DNA of 64,000 nt from an uncultured Methylobacterium sp. (GTDB lineage Bacteria; Pseudomonadota; Alphaproteobacteria; Rhizobiales; Beijerinckiaceae), in assembly GCA_963990595.1 (NCBI GenBank), contig CAXDNE010000008.1, positions 370 through 64,369 on the forward strand. Reading direction: 5' to 3'. The notes under the pieces are model-generated. The model ran no database searches. It was not told the DNA's origin and saw only the letters and a list, made by a program, of their open reading frames with translations. A program made the position numbers and the translations under genes. The number at the start of each line of letters is the position of its first letter. The first letter of the stretch is position 1. Of this stretch, positions 18,245 to 27,696 are shown in pieces.

Positions 18245-18495
18245 CCATGGCGCCCGCCATGGCGGTATCGACAGCTCTCCATGGGACGATCCACGGGCCG
18301 CAAGCTGCCATCTCCATGGCGCCGGCTATCGCGCCCCATGGCGCGATCCATGAAGAGACAGAAGCAACTTTCATGGCGATCGCCATGGTGGTGATAGACA
18401 GCCATCCATGTACAGTCGGCATGGCAGGATTGATCGTCATCCAATGGCTCCGTCCATGGTGGCGTATCGCTGTCGCCCATGGCGGATCTCCATGA
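18245..18495. repeat. CCATGG palindrome array (copy 2; 8 perfect plus several 1-mismatch copies)
   Basis: CCATGG at 18245, 18257, 18279, 18314, 18336, 18383, 18454 and 18477, plus CCATGA, TCATGG, CCATGT and GCATGG variants. Confidence 0.85.
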
Positions 18496-18870
18496 CTGAG
18501 ATCGTCAGAATGCGGCGCCCATCCCTCGCCGGAAGCGGCACAGATGACCGGTTCAGCCTCTCCTGCGACGTGCAGAGTCCTTACAGAGAGAGTGCGGAAT
18601 TCTTACACGCGGCACTGCCGGAAGCGCAGTGAAACGGGTACTTCGTCGCGCACAATACTATTAAGCGAAGACAAAGGTGCGGTGAAAAGGGCTGCCTTGC
18701 CGGGGTATTGGCTGCCTGGCCAGCCCCTCCCGGTCATTTGAGCGCATTCCAGGGCCAGTCCCGCGTTACCCGCTAAGCGCCTCCGAGAGATAGTATTAGC
18801 AGGCCTGCCATCCCCTTTTCCTTTGTGTAATTATCGCGCTTTCTGTAAGAACTTTACACGCCCTTTAGCC
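18452..18870 (+). other. Second copy of the rep-upstream origin-like region, with no rep gene downstream
   Basis: Colinear homology to 12048-12480 ends just before the position of the rep ATG in copy 1. Confidence 0.72.
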
Positions 18871-19226
18871 CGCTCGGCGTCGTCGAGTCCATCGACGGCG
18901 CCGTGATGCGGCGGGGATTCCTGGACATAGACGGAACCACGACCCCGTGGACGGCCGTCGAGATCCTCCATGTGACGTAGGACGACATCGACGGGGTAGC
19001 CCACGTCCCGGCCACGCCTGGGAACCACCGATGCATCATCGTGGCGGAGTGCGGATTCCGACGGAAGCCGGCCACCCATTCCGACGCGAAGTCGGCCAGC
19101 GTTCCGATTTGATGTCGGCCACCCTTCCGAGATGAAGCCGGCCACCCGGTAGCCGATATCGGCGACGGATCATCCCCGCGGGTCAGCAACCGCGGCATCC
19201 CTGTCCTCGACCACGAGGAGAGCGGG

Positions 19227-20765
19227 ATGCCGGCCAGGAGAGAGCTGACCATGCGACAGATCAAACAGATGCTGCGACTCGCCCACGAGGGGGTGAGTGC
19301 GCGAGAGATCGGACGAACGCTGAGCATCGCCCGCTCGACCGTGCAGGACAACCTCGCCCGGGCGAGCGCCGCCGGCCTGACCTGGCCGCTCGGCCCCGAG
19401 GTCAGCGACGCGGTGCTGGAACAGCGCCTGTTCGCCCGGGCCGGGGTGAAGCAGGGCATGCGCCGGCTGCCAGAACCGGACTGGCCCTCCGTGATCCGGG
19501 AGATGCGCCGACCCGGGGTCAATCTCACCGTGCTCTGGGAGGAGTACCGGGAGACCCATCCGGACGGCTACGGCTACTCCCGGTTCTGCGATCTCTACCG
19601 GGAGTTCGAGCGCCGGCTCACTCCAGTGATGCGCCAGCACCATGCCGCCGGCGACAAGGTCTTCGTCGACTACTCGGGCAAGAGGGTCGGGATCGTCGAT
19701 CCTACCACCGGTATCGTGCGCAAGGCCGAGATCTTCGTGGCCGTGCTCGGCGCGTCGAGCCTGACCTACGCGGAGGCGACCTGGACCCAGACGCTGCCCG
19801 ACTGGATCGGCGCGCATTTCCGCCTGTTCCGCTTCCTCGGCGGCGTCCCCCGCCTCGTCGTGCCCGACAACCTCAAGAGCGGGGTCCACAAGGCGTCGTT
19901 CTACGACCCCGAACTCAACCGTTCCTACGGGATGATGGCCGGGCATTACGGCATCGGCGTCCTGCCGGCCCGGCCCCGCAAGCCGCGCGACAAGGCCAAG
20001 GTCGAGGCCGGCGTGCGCTTCGCCCAGAGCCACATCCTGGGACGGCTGCGTCGCCAGACGTTCTTCTCCCTGACCGAGTGCAACGCCGCCATCGCCGCGA
20101 TGGTCGAGCGCATCAACGCTCACCGCATGCGCCGGCTCGGCACGACGCGCCGCGCCCTGTTCGAGGCGGTCGAGCGCGCGGCGCTGCGGCCCCTGCCGGA
20201 GCAGGACTACACCTTCGCCGAGTGGCGGCTGGCCCGGGTCAACCTCAACTACCACGTCGAGGCGGGCGGCTTCCTGTACTCGGTACCCCACGCCCTGATC
20301 CGCGAGCAGGTCGACGTCCGCCTGACAGTACGCACCGTCGAGGTGTTCCATCACGGACAGCGCGTCGCCGCCCACGAACGCCGCCACACCGGCCGGCGGC
20401 ACGGCACCGATCCCGACCACATGCCCAGCGCCCATCGCCGCTACGCCGAGTGGAGCCCCGAGCGCTTCCGGCGCTGGGCGCGCGGCATCGGGCCGGAGAC
20501 GGAGGGGCTGGTCATCGCCATCCTCCGCGACCGGCCCCATCCCGAGCAGGGCTTCCGCACCTGCCTGGGTATCCTGCGCCCCTACCGCGGGCTCGACCCC
20601 GCCCGGGCGGAGGCGGCCTCGGCTCGGGCCGTAGCGCTCGGCGCGCTCACCTACAAGAGCATCGCCTCGATCCTGGCCAACGGCCTCGACCGCGCGACGC
20701 CGCCGGCCGAGGCCGTCCCGGTCATGCTCCATCTCAACATGCGCGGCCCGCGCTACTTCCACTGA
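19227..20765 (+). CDS. istA: IS21 transposase IstA
   Basis: N-terminal HTH (SAREIGRTLSIARSTV), GYGYSRFC, FVDYSG, VPDNLKSGV and PRDKAKVEAGV. Confidence 0.95.
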   Translation: MPARRELTMRQIKQMLRLAHEGVSAREIGRTLSIARSTVQDNLARASAAGLTWPLGPEVSDAVLEQRLFARAGVKQGMRRLPEPDWPSVIREMRRPGVNLTVLWEEYRETHPDGYGYSRFCDLYREFERRLTPVMRQHHAAGDKVFVDYSGKRVGIVDPTTGIVRKAEIFVAVLGASSLTYAEATWTQTLPDWIGAHFRLFRFLGGVPRLVVPDNLKSGVHKASFYDPELNRSYGMMAGHYGIGVLPARPRKPRDKAKVEAGVRFAQSHILGRLRRQTFFSLTECNAAIAAMVERINAHRMRRLGTTRRALFEAVERAALRPLPEQDYTFAEWRLARVNLNYHVEAGGFLYSVPHALIREQVDVRLTVRTVEVFHHGQRVAAHERRHTGRRHGTDPDHMPSAHRRYAEWSPERFRRWARGIGPETEGLVIAILRDRPHPEQGFRTCLGILRPYRGLDPARAEAASARAVALGALTYKSIASILANGLDRATPPAEAVPVMLHLNMRGPRYFH

Positions 20766-20776
20766 GGGAGACGCCG

Positions 20777-21520
20777 ATGCTCACCCACCCCACCCTAGAT
20801 CTCCTGCACGAACTCGGCCTGAGCGGCATGGCCTCGGGCTTCAAGGCGCTGGACGCCAACCCGGAGGCCCGCGCCCTCGACCACGCCGAGTGGCTCGGAT
20901 TGCTCCTCGACCACGAGGCCACGGCCCGGCGGCAGAAGCGCTTCGAGGCCCGCGCCCGCGCGGCTCGGCTACGCCATCCCGCCAGCATCCAGGACGTTGA
21001 CTACCGCAGCCATCGCGGTCTGGACCGAGGACTGTTCCTGAAGCTCGCCACCGGCGACTGGATCCGGACCCGGCGCAACCTCGTGATCACCGGCCCCTCC
21101 GGCGTAGGCAAGAGCTGGCTGGCCTGCGCGCTCGGGCACAAAGCCTGCCGGGACGACCTCTGGTCCTGTACTATCGGGTCCAGCGCTTGTTTGCGGCGCT
21201 GAGCCTCGCGCGTGGCGATGGCCGCTACGGCCGGCTGCTGCGCCAGATCGCCAAGGTGAACCTGCTGATCCTCGACGATTGGGGTCCAGAGCCGCTCCTG
21301 CCCGAACAGGCGCGCGATCTTCTGGAGGTCGTCGAGGACCGCTACGACGCCGGCTCGACCCTGATCACCAGCCAGGTCCCGGTGGATCGCTGGTACGAGA
21401 TCATCGGCATCCCCACGCTCGCCGATGCCGTCCTCGACCGGCTGCTGCAAAAACGCCCACCGCATCGAACTCGCCGGTGAGAGCCTCCGCAAACGCAAGG
21501 CGGCCGAACCCGCCGCTTGA
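20777..21520 (+). pseudogene. istB: IS21 helper ATPase IstB with two frameshifts
   Basis: Walker A GPSGVGKS and Walker B LILDDWG. Frameshifts at ~21160 (one base missing) and ~21450 (extra A in CAAAAAC). Confidence 0.9.
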
Positions 21521-21833
21521 CCTGTCGGACCGACCTCGTGATCTTCACCCCAGACCCGCGGGAGCGCCCCGTCACCGGCCGGCTTCAGATCGGACCGGTG
21601 GCCGGCTTCGCCTCGGAATGACGGCCGGCTTCAAATCGGAATCCCCGGCCGGCTTCGTCGGAATACGCAGCGGAGCGAGCCGCCTACGGTCTGCTGGTCC
21701 CGGACTGGATCAAACTCGTCCTCGTCGAGGTCGATGAGGCGCTCGGACCCGGGCCGTCCATCGCCTGATCGGACCGGGGCCGGGCGTTCCCCGGCCCCTC
21801 GCGCGAAATGATACCGAACCGGCATTCGCTTCC

Positions 21834-22194
21834 GTGAACACGGATTCAGCCATCGACGACGTCACCTCGCGCCACAACGCCGAGCGCAAGCGGCGGATTG
21901 CTCGGGCCCGGGTGGAGGCTCAGCCATCGGCCATCGAGATCGCCCTGGCGGATACGGGCGGCAACGGAGCGCCTCCAGAGCTCGATCCCATGGACACGAT
22001 CCGGACGATCGGCGAAATTTTTCTCGGGACGCGATGGCAATCCGATGTGGCGGCCGACCTCGGTATTGCCCCGAGGCAGGTACGCAGGTGGGTCTCCGGA
22101 GAGGCCAAACCCACCCGAGCGGCACGCGGACTGGATGCGCGTCAGGGCCCGCAAAAGGGCACAGGACATCATGCGTCTAGTCGACCGGATCTAG
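21834..22194 (+). pseudogene. XRE-like HTH protein, frameshifted near 22115
   Basis: WQSDVAADLGIAPRQVRRWVSG HTH; the natural-looking C-terminus ERHADWMRVRARKRAQDIMRLVDRI* is in another frame. Confidence 0.55.
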
Positions 22195-22559
22195 CGGGTC
22201 CGGACGATCAGATCTGGCTCGGCCATCCCCGGACATCCGGCGAGCCAACCGGCCCAAAGCGCCCTGCCCCTCAGGGCCAACGTGAAATGCCCGCCCCCCT
22301 CGACGGCCCCCATAACCCATTCCTTTTCGTCGGGGGCGACGCCGTCGTAGACGTGGGCATCGGCCCGGCCGCCCCGCGTGTCGTAGCACCGAAGCTGCCA
22401 CCGCGTGCCGGCCGCAGTCCTCTCGAAAACCAGGCGGGCGAGGACGGCCCCGTCCGCCTGAACATCTCGGATTATCGCCAACCACCGGCCGGGCCCCACC
22501 CCCGGAGAGGGGGCGAGCCCGGCCGCGGCGAGCGCTAGGGCGAACGCCGCGGCCTTCAC
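22191..22559 (-). CDS. Hypothetical exported protein
   Basis: Signal-peptide-like N-terminus MKAAAFALALAAAGLA; coupled to the upstream phosphoesterase gene. Confidence 0.55.
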   Translation of the reverse strand: MKAAAFALALAAAGLAPSPGVGPGRWLAIIRDVQADGAVLARLVFERTAAGTRWQLRCYDTRGGRADAHVYDGVAPDEKEWVMGAVEGGGHFTLALRGRALWAGWLAGCPGMAEPDLIVRTR

Positions 22560-23344
22560 AGCGACACCACGAGCGTCGGATCGAAGGCGGGGTTCTCACC
22601 AGGATGGCCCTTCGGGTTCGCGACGATCCGCGTCCGGCCGACCGTGTAATCCCGGGACGCGTGGATGTGCCCGTGGACCCACAGGTCGGGGGCGTGCGGC
22701 CCCTCCAGATCGCGCGTCAGGTCGCTGGCGTACGCTGCGTCGATCGTCACCGTCGGATACCCGTGGAGGAGCGACCGCGGATGCGGGGCGTGGTGCGTGA
22801 CGACGAGCGTCGGCCCCTCGTACGGCACCTCCAGGGCGCGCCGGATTCGGGCGAGGTGGTCGTGATGCAGCGCGGCTGCGTCCGACGGCCGGAAGGCATT
22901 CGTGCCCCCGTCCGCCAAGCGCTTCTTGATCTTGCGATGATCGCGCATCCCGCCCACGCGGTCACCCGCGACGGCCATGGCCACGGACCGCCACGCCTCG
23001 CCCTGGACCGCGTAGTCCGTCCATAGCGTGGCCCCGACGATCCGCACGCCTCCTCTCGTGACGGTCTCCCCGAGCGCGAGCAGGGAGAACCCGGCGGCCG
23101 CGGCGGCGTCCCGGCCCCGGGCGAGCTCGGACTGGAGCCTGTGCCCGTAATAGTCGTGGTTGCCCGGGACGTAGATCAGGCTCCGCGTCTGGGGGACGAG
23201 GTGCTCGGCCATCCACGCGATCGAGCGGACCAGGCCATCGCGCGTGTCCCCGGCCACGATGCAGACATCGTGCTCGGGAACAGTCTCAGGCCTCCAGTCC
23301 GAGACGTCCGTATGTAGGTCGCTCAGTATCCAAAATCGGGGCAT
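22556..23344 (-). CDS. Calcineurin-like metallophosphoesterase
   Basis: ILSDLH, VAGD, YVPGNHDYY, GATLWTD, VVTHHAP, WVHGHIH and NPKG. Confidence 0.9.
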   Translation of the reverse strand: MPRFWILSDLHTDVSDWRPETVPEHDVCIVAGDTRDGLVRSIAWMAEHLVPQTRSLIYVPGNHDYYGHRLQSELARGRDAAAAAGFSLLALGETVTRGGVRIVGATLWTDYAVQGEAWRSVAMAVAGDRVGGMRDHRKIKKRLADGGTNAFRPSDAAALHHDHLARIRRALEVPYEGPTLVVTHHAPHPRSLLHGYPTVTIDAAYASDLTRDLEGPHAPDLWVHGHIHASRDYTVGRTRIVANPKGHPGENPAFDPTLVVSL

Positions 23345-23678
23345 CCTCGCCTCCTGCTGCCCATGCCGTGCCGTCCGTCTCGAAGCGTACGAGGCGCGCT
23401 TTTCGGACGGGCATGCCGTCGGCGTGGAAGCCGGCCGCGAGGGCTGGCCGGTAGTGGAGGCGGACCGCGTCCGCGGGGCGAGCGGCGTCGACCAGGCAGC
23501 CGCGCGCCCATGCGTGAACCGTGCGGTGCCCGGTCCGCAGGTACCGGAGGCGAGCCGGCTCGGAGGCGTGCAGGGTGACGTCGGCAAGCGCGGCCGAGGC
23601 GGCATGCGCGACGACGCGGCCGCCCTGCCGGAGGCTCCAGCAGCGACGTGACAGGTTCCTGTAGATGTCAGTCGCCAT
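23286..23678 (-). CDS. Phage-like hypothetical protein
   Basis: YRNLSRRCWSLR...VVAH...VHAWARG pattern seen in small phage proteins; lies in an overlap-coupled run. Confidence 0.55.
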   Translation of the reverse strand: MATDIYRNLSRRCWSLRQGGRVVAHAASAALADVTLHASEPARLRYLRTGHRTVHAWARGCLVDAARPADAVRLHYRPALAAGFHADGMPVRKARLVRFETDGTAWAAGGEDAPILDTERPTYGRLGLEA

Positions 23679-24294
23679 AGGAGACGGCCTTCTTGCCTTG
23701 CGCATGGGCGTCGCACGTGACCTTGGCCCATCCGCCCTTGCGTAGTCGACCCGTTGCACCACAGTATTCACAAGTATATCCCGAAATGATTTCCACGGCA
23801 CTAATGACGTTGTAGTGCCTACGCGTCAGAGATCCGTAGACGTACCATCGCAGCGTGCCGAACTTTTCCTTGGTCTGGCCGCACGACCAGTCCTTCGGCC
23901 GACCCAGGTCCTCGATCCACTCGGCTCCGGCGGCCCACAGGAACCGCCAGCCTGCCCACGACGCGGGGCCGCCCTCGTCGAACATGCCCGGGAAGGCTCG
24001 CGCGATCGGCTCGCGCCAGGTCGCGTCGTCGAACTTGACCGGCGTCGGCGGGCCGCCTCGCCACCGGACTTGCATCACCCGCATCACCCCTTCGAGGATC
24101 ACTTCGGCTGGCGGCTCGCCCGTCGGAGCGCCGAAGGCCGTGTCCGGAGGCGGGCCGATCGGCGCGTGCTCGTAGGCGACGACCGGGCCGAGCCTAGACG
24201 GCCGGATGGCCGTGACACGGATCGTGTCCACGCCCTGCCGCTGCCGCAGGGCGTGCTTGGAGGTCCAAAGGAACTCGTCTTCGATGCGTGACAT
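23668..24294 (-). CDS. Phage-like hypothetical protein with C-terminal Zn-ribbon-like motif
   Basis: QTKEKFGTLRWY...CEYCGATG...GW..VTCDAH motif typical of a widespread phage protein family; GAGG RBS. Confidence 0.65.
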   Translation of the reverse strand: MSRIEDEFLWTSKHALRQRQGVDTIRVTAIRPSRLGPVVAYEHAPIGPPPDTAFGAPTGEPPAEVILEGVMRVMQVRWRGGPPTPVKFDDATWREPIARAFPGMFDEGGPASWAGWRFLWAAGAEWIEDLGRPKDWSCGQTKEKFGTLRWYVYGSLTRRHYNVISAVEIISGYTCEYCGATGRLRKGGWAKVTCDAHAQGKKAVSYGD

Positions 24295-24305
24295 GACGAG
24301 GCTCC

Positions 24306-25934
24306 TCAGTGGCGGGCGGTGTAGACGTCGCGGGCGGCGAAGATCGTCTCGACGGCGCGGCGGAGGGGGCGGAGCGACCCGCCCTTCCACCAATCGAGGT
24401 GGTCCAGCTCGTCGCCGTCGAGCTCGGGGACCCATGAAGCGTCGAGGCCTCGCTCGCTGCGGATCTCCCGGACGATCGCCTGCGCGACGAACGGCAGGTG
24501 CTCCCGGCGCGGCCCCTGCCAGCGGAGGACTTGGCACCGGTCCCGCATGGGCGGCGACAGGCCGTCCAAGCTGTTGGCCGTCAGGATGAAGCTCACCGCG
24601 GACAGGTTCACGTTGGCCTCCAAGGAGGGGTCGAAGATCACCCGGGCGGTATGGCGCTCCAGGAACGGCAAGACGGTCTCGTCGAGCCGCCCCCACCGGC
24701 GCGAGGGCCCGGCCTTCTCGACCTCGTCGACGACGATCCCGACCGAGGCCGTGCGGGCCCGGAGGATCGCCTGCGCCGGGACGGACAGGCGCCATGAGCC
24801 CCATTGCCTGGACGTGCCGGCGAAGCTGCCGCCATCCATCTGGCCCGCCGCCGAGTAGACGGTGCAGTCCAGGCCGGCGAGCTGCACCAGGGAACGCGCC
24901 GCGGCGGTCTTACCCTCGCCCGGCGGGCCGACGAGGATGCGCGGGCGGAACAAGGCGAATGGCGCGCCGACGAGGTCCATGGCGAAGACCTCGGCGGCCT
25001 CCTCGGCCCATGGGCACGCGGCGAGGAAGGCCTGCCGGAACGCCGCAGGGTCCGGCGTACGGACGAGTGGCAGCGGCTTCTCCGCGACGTCCTCCACGAG
25101 GGCGCGGGGGCTATCGCCGCGGTCGCGGGCCGACTTGGTTGGCTCCGGCAGATGACGCAAGTTTGGGAACACGACGAGCGTCGGGCCCGCCGGCGGCGAC
25201 GCGACCGGCCGGTCGCCGAGGTCCGATGGATCCCAGTCGGCCGGGAGCTCGGGCGGTAGGTCGGACCCGCCCTGAACGCCGGCGCCACCGCGCAGGATGT
25301 CATCCTCCACCTCGACCATAATCTGCCCCGCGCGCACATCGGCGAGGAGCTCCGCGAGCGGCTTGAGGAGCTCGTCCTCGCTGATGATGTCGGCGTACCG
25401 AGGCGACGGCTTGTATTCGATGTCCCACGTGTCGGCCTTGCCCCGGTAGGCCCACCAAAGTGCCGCCCTGATGAAAAACCACAGGCCAAGGTCGTCCCGC
25501 ACGATGGACGCGCGCGCCTCCGCGATCGCGTAGCCGGCTGCGGTCGCGCAGGCCTGCGCGTCGCCGCACTCGGCCCGAACGAGGACCAGGACCTTCGCCA
25601 GCTCCTGACATCCAACTTGCCGCCACAGCGGGATCTTGGAGCTCTCAGCCTCGACGGCGAGCGCGGCCTCGGCGGTCCGAAGGCGTTGGACGTTGATCGC
25701 ATCCAGCAGGGCGTTGAGGCTATGCTGCGTGCGGCGGGACAGCTGCGGCCCTTCGAGGAACTCGGGGATGCGGACAGCCAGGTCGCGGCGCACGTCCCAG
25801 TCCATCCACTCGCCGCCGGCGAGCAGGATGCGGAGATACGACGGCCGATCGGGCTGCTGGGGGCCGGTGACGCGGTCGGGATTGAGCAGGAGGGCGCGCG
25901 CGATCGTGGCGCGGTGATTGGACGACGCGGACAT
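24306..25934 (-). CDS. AAA+ ATPase (Lon-like ATPase domain, no protease domain)
   Basis: Walker A GPPGEGKT, Walker B VVDEVEKA, sensor ILTANS and Arg finger PMRDRC. Confidence 0.85.
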   Translation of the reverse strand: MSASSNHRATIARALLLNPDRVTGPQQPDRPSYLRILLAGGEWMDWDVRRDLAVRIPEFLEGPQLSRRTQHSLNALLDAINVQRLRTAEAALAVEAESSKIPLWRQVGCQELAKVLVLVRAECGDAQACATAAGYAIAEARASIVRDDLGLWFFIRAALWWAYRGKADTWDIEYKPSPRYADIISEDELLKPLAELLADVRAGQIMVEVEDDILRGGAGVQGGSDLPPELPADWDPSDLGDRPVASPPAGPTLVVFPNLRHLPEPTKSARDRGDSPRALVEDVAEKPLPLVRTPDPAAFRQAFLAACPWAEEAAEVFAMDLVGAPFALFRPRILVGPPGEGKTAAARSLVQLAGLDCTVYSAAGQMDGGSFAGTSRQWGSWRLSVPAQAILRARTASVGIVVDEVEKAGPSRRWGRLDETVLPFLERHTARVIFDPSLEANVNLSAVSFILTANSLDGLSPPMRDRCQVLRWQGPRREHLPFVAQAIVREIRSERGLDASWVPELDGDELDHLDWWKGGSLRPLRRAVETIFAARDVYTARH

Positions 25935-26182
25935 GGGGGAGGCTCGCAGATCGGAGATCAGGACGCGCGAAGGGCGCCGAGCGCGTGGGCTCAGCGGGCG
26001 GTCGGTATCCGTTTCGGGCGAGCGGTCTTGGTCATGAGGGCACCATGCCGGGGGGCGGCCTCCGGCGCAACGCGATCCTCACCGAGTGGTTAGGTTTTCC
26101 CTGGCCCCCAATACGAAAATAGCCTCCGGGGGTCGCCGGGGGCCAAGGGTCTCGCAGGGAGGGAACATCCCCCCGAAGGAGG

Positions 26183-26315
26183 CATCCCCGCGCAAGGGGC
26201 GGGGTCTGGGGTGACGGTGCGACACCCACTTCTCGATGGGCCATCCCGCCCGGGGGGCGAGGGGTAACGCGTCCCCACGGGACGTAGGGATTTTTGGGTC
26301 ATCCCCGCGCAAGGG
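26183..26315. repeat. 16-bp direct repeat CATCCCCGCGCAAGGG (x2) within a C-run/G-run hairpin-rich intergenic region
   Basis: Exact copies at 26183-26198 and 26300-26315; related CATCCCCCCGAAGG at ~26166 and CCCCACATGGGG at ~26365. Confidence 0.7.
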
Positions 26316-26617
26316 CGAGCTCGATGACTTGGTCCCGGGTCCCGCCTTCGTTCGGGTGATCTTCCCCACATGGGGCGGGGGGCGTCCGCTTGTTCAGCGG
26401 TCGAGGCCCCAATGTAGACCCCGGCTTGGCCTTCGGGAAGGGGCAGACCTCGCGACCGGTCCGCATGGTAAACCTCGGTAGTCGCTACTGAGGTCGCCCA
26501 TGCCAGCCATCCTCCTGATCATCGCGGTCGTCTGGGCCGCGTCCCTGGCGATCTCGATGGATGGGATTTACTGCCTTGCAACGGCAGCCAGTACCCTCCC
26601 GCAGGATGGAGGTGACC

Positions 26618-26947
26618 ATGTCGCGACCAGAATGGATGACGTCTAGGACCGTCACGCACGCCGAGGCCGAGGAGGCTTCCAGGCGGCTGATCAACTTGCA
26701 CTTCCGGAACCCGGACGGGGCCCGCGTCTCGATCCCGGCGGACGCGGACCGGGACGACGACCTCGTCCTGACTGCCTACATCGCGCAGCGGAAGGTCGCC
26801 TGTTACGAGGCCGCCCAGCGGGCCCGAGATGCCATCGAGCGGGTGGAGCGGATCGCTCGACAGGTCGACAACTCCGACATCCGCAGGATCCGGCCCGATC
26901 TCTACCGGATCCTCGACCACGTCACCGGAAAGGACCGCTCCGGCTGA
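26618..26947 (+). CDS. Hypothetical protein
   Basis: GGAGG RBS before the ATG at 26618; protein-like composition. Confidence 0.6.
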   Translation: MSRPEWMTSRTVTHAEAEEASRRLINLHFRNPDGARVSIPADADRDDDLVLTAYIAQRKVACYEAAQRARDAIERVERIARQVDNSDIRRIRPDLYRILDHVTGKDRSG

Positions 26948-27080
26948 TTGGGCCAGCCCCCGTCCAAGCGGCGGCCCCAGGTTGAGGAGCGAACCTACAG
27001 GGCCGATGGAACCGTGCGAATCTGGATAGGCGGCGAGCCCAGCCTGCCCGCCGTCGGATCGTTCGGTTGAGGAGGTGGCC

Positions 27081-27311
27081 ATGTCGGACGGCTTCGAGGA
27101 CCTCGGTCTGGATGTCTACGCCTTGCGGAAGGCCGCCGACGGACTGCTCCGGCCCCGTCGCTCAGTCCAAGTAGCCATCAGCCAGACGGATAGCCTCCGC
27201 GAGAAGCGGGCGCTGGCCAAGCTCGCCGAGGACATTAAGGGCGTCCGATTGCGGTGCCGGGCGGCCAAGAACCGGATGGCGGCCCGGCGCCGCGCGAAGC
27301 AGGTGGCCTAA
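27081..27311 (+). CDS. Hypothetical protein (basic, helical)
   Basis: GAGGAGG RBS; sits in a co-directional run of small genes. Confidence 0.6.
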   Translation: MSDGFEDLGLDVYALRKAADGLLRPRRSVQVAISQTDSLREKRALAKLAEDIKGVRLRCRAAKNRMAARRRAKQVA

Positions 27312-27313
27312 CC

Positions 27314-27430
27314 GTGCGGATCGTAGGCTGGGCCGAGTTCCGGACGATGCTCCAGGGCACGGTGTTCCGAGTGAAGGACGATCGACATCCGGACCGGGGC
27401 GCTCTCCGGGTGCTTGATAAAATCTGGTTC
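27314..27430 (+). pseudogene. Truncated phage-like small gene, cut at a palindromic element
   Basis: GTG start 2 nt after the previous stop (MRIVGWAEFRTMLQGTVF..., resembling small phage proteins). Protein-like sequence stops exactly where the 27431 palindrome starts. Confidence 0.45.
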
Positions 27431-27497
27431 TGGCCGAAAGCTGCTGGTCCGCTTCGGAGCGGTGCGGCCGAAAAAGCGGACGAGCTCCTACCGACCC
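27431..27497. repeat. Junction palindrome, copy A (67 bp)
   Basis: TGGCCGAAAGCTG..GTCCGCTTCGG...CCGAAAAAGCGGAC..CTCCTACCGACCC; 58/67 identical to 49293-49359. Confidence 0.85.
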
Positions 27498-27696
27498 GAT
27501 GCGGTCGCCAAAGAGCCGTTCGATGGACCTTGAAAGCGGACCTCCTTGATCGCCTCGCCGGCGAAGCCGTCGACGTCCGCTATCGCCGAGGATGCGGTCT
27601 GCATGCTGACGACCTTGGGCTTCGATCTCATGGCGGGCAGCCGGACATCGCGTCGTTCCACCCGGACCTTTCCATGAGGCGCGGCATTGAGGGGGG

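Larger units (their letters stand above)
19050..21669 (+). mobile_element. IS21 family insertion sequence (2620 bp)
   Basis: Ends TGCGGATTCCGACGGAAGCCGGCC / reverse complement TGCGTATTCCGACGAAGCCGGCC, multiple subterminal repeats, 6-bp target duplication GCGGAG (19044-19049 and 21670-21675), istA-istB pair. Confidence 0.95.

Noticed and set aside
18018-18495. Met/Trp/His-rich ORFs (18018-18440, 18241-18480, 18247-18495)
   Set aside because: The composition is a by-product of the CCATGG array (ATG/TGG/CAT codons in several frames); no RBS or domain support.
24306-25934. Lon protease call for the AAA protein
   Set aside because: No Lon N-domain and no Ser-Lys protease domain after the AAA module.
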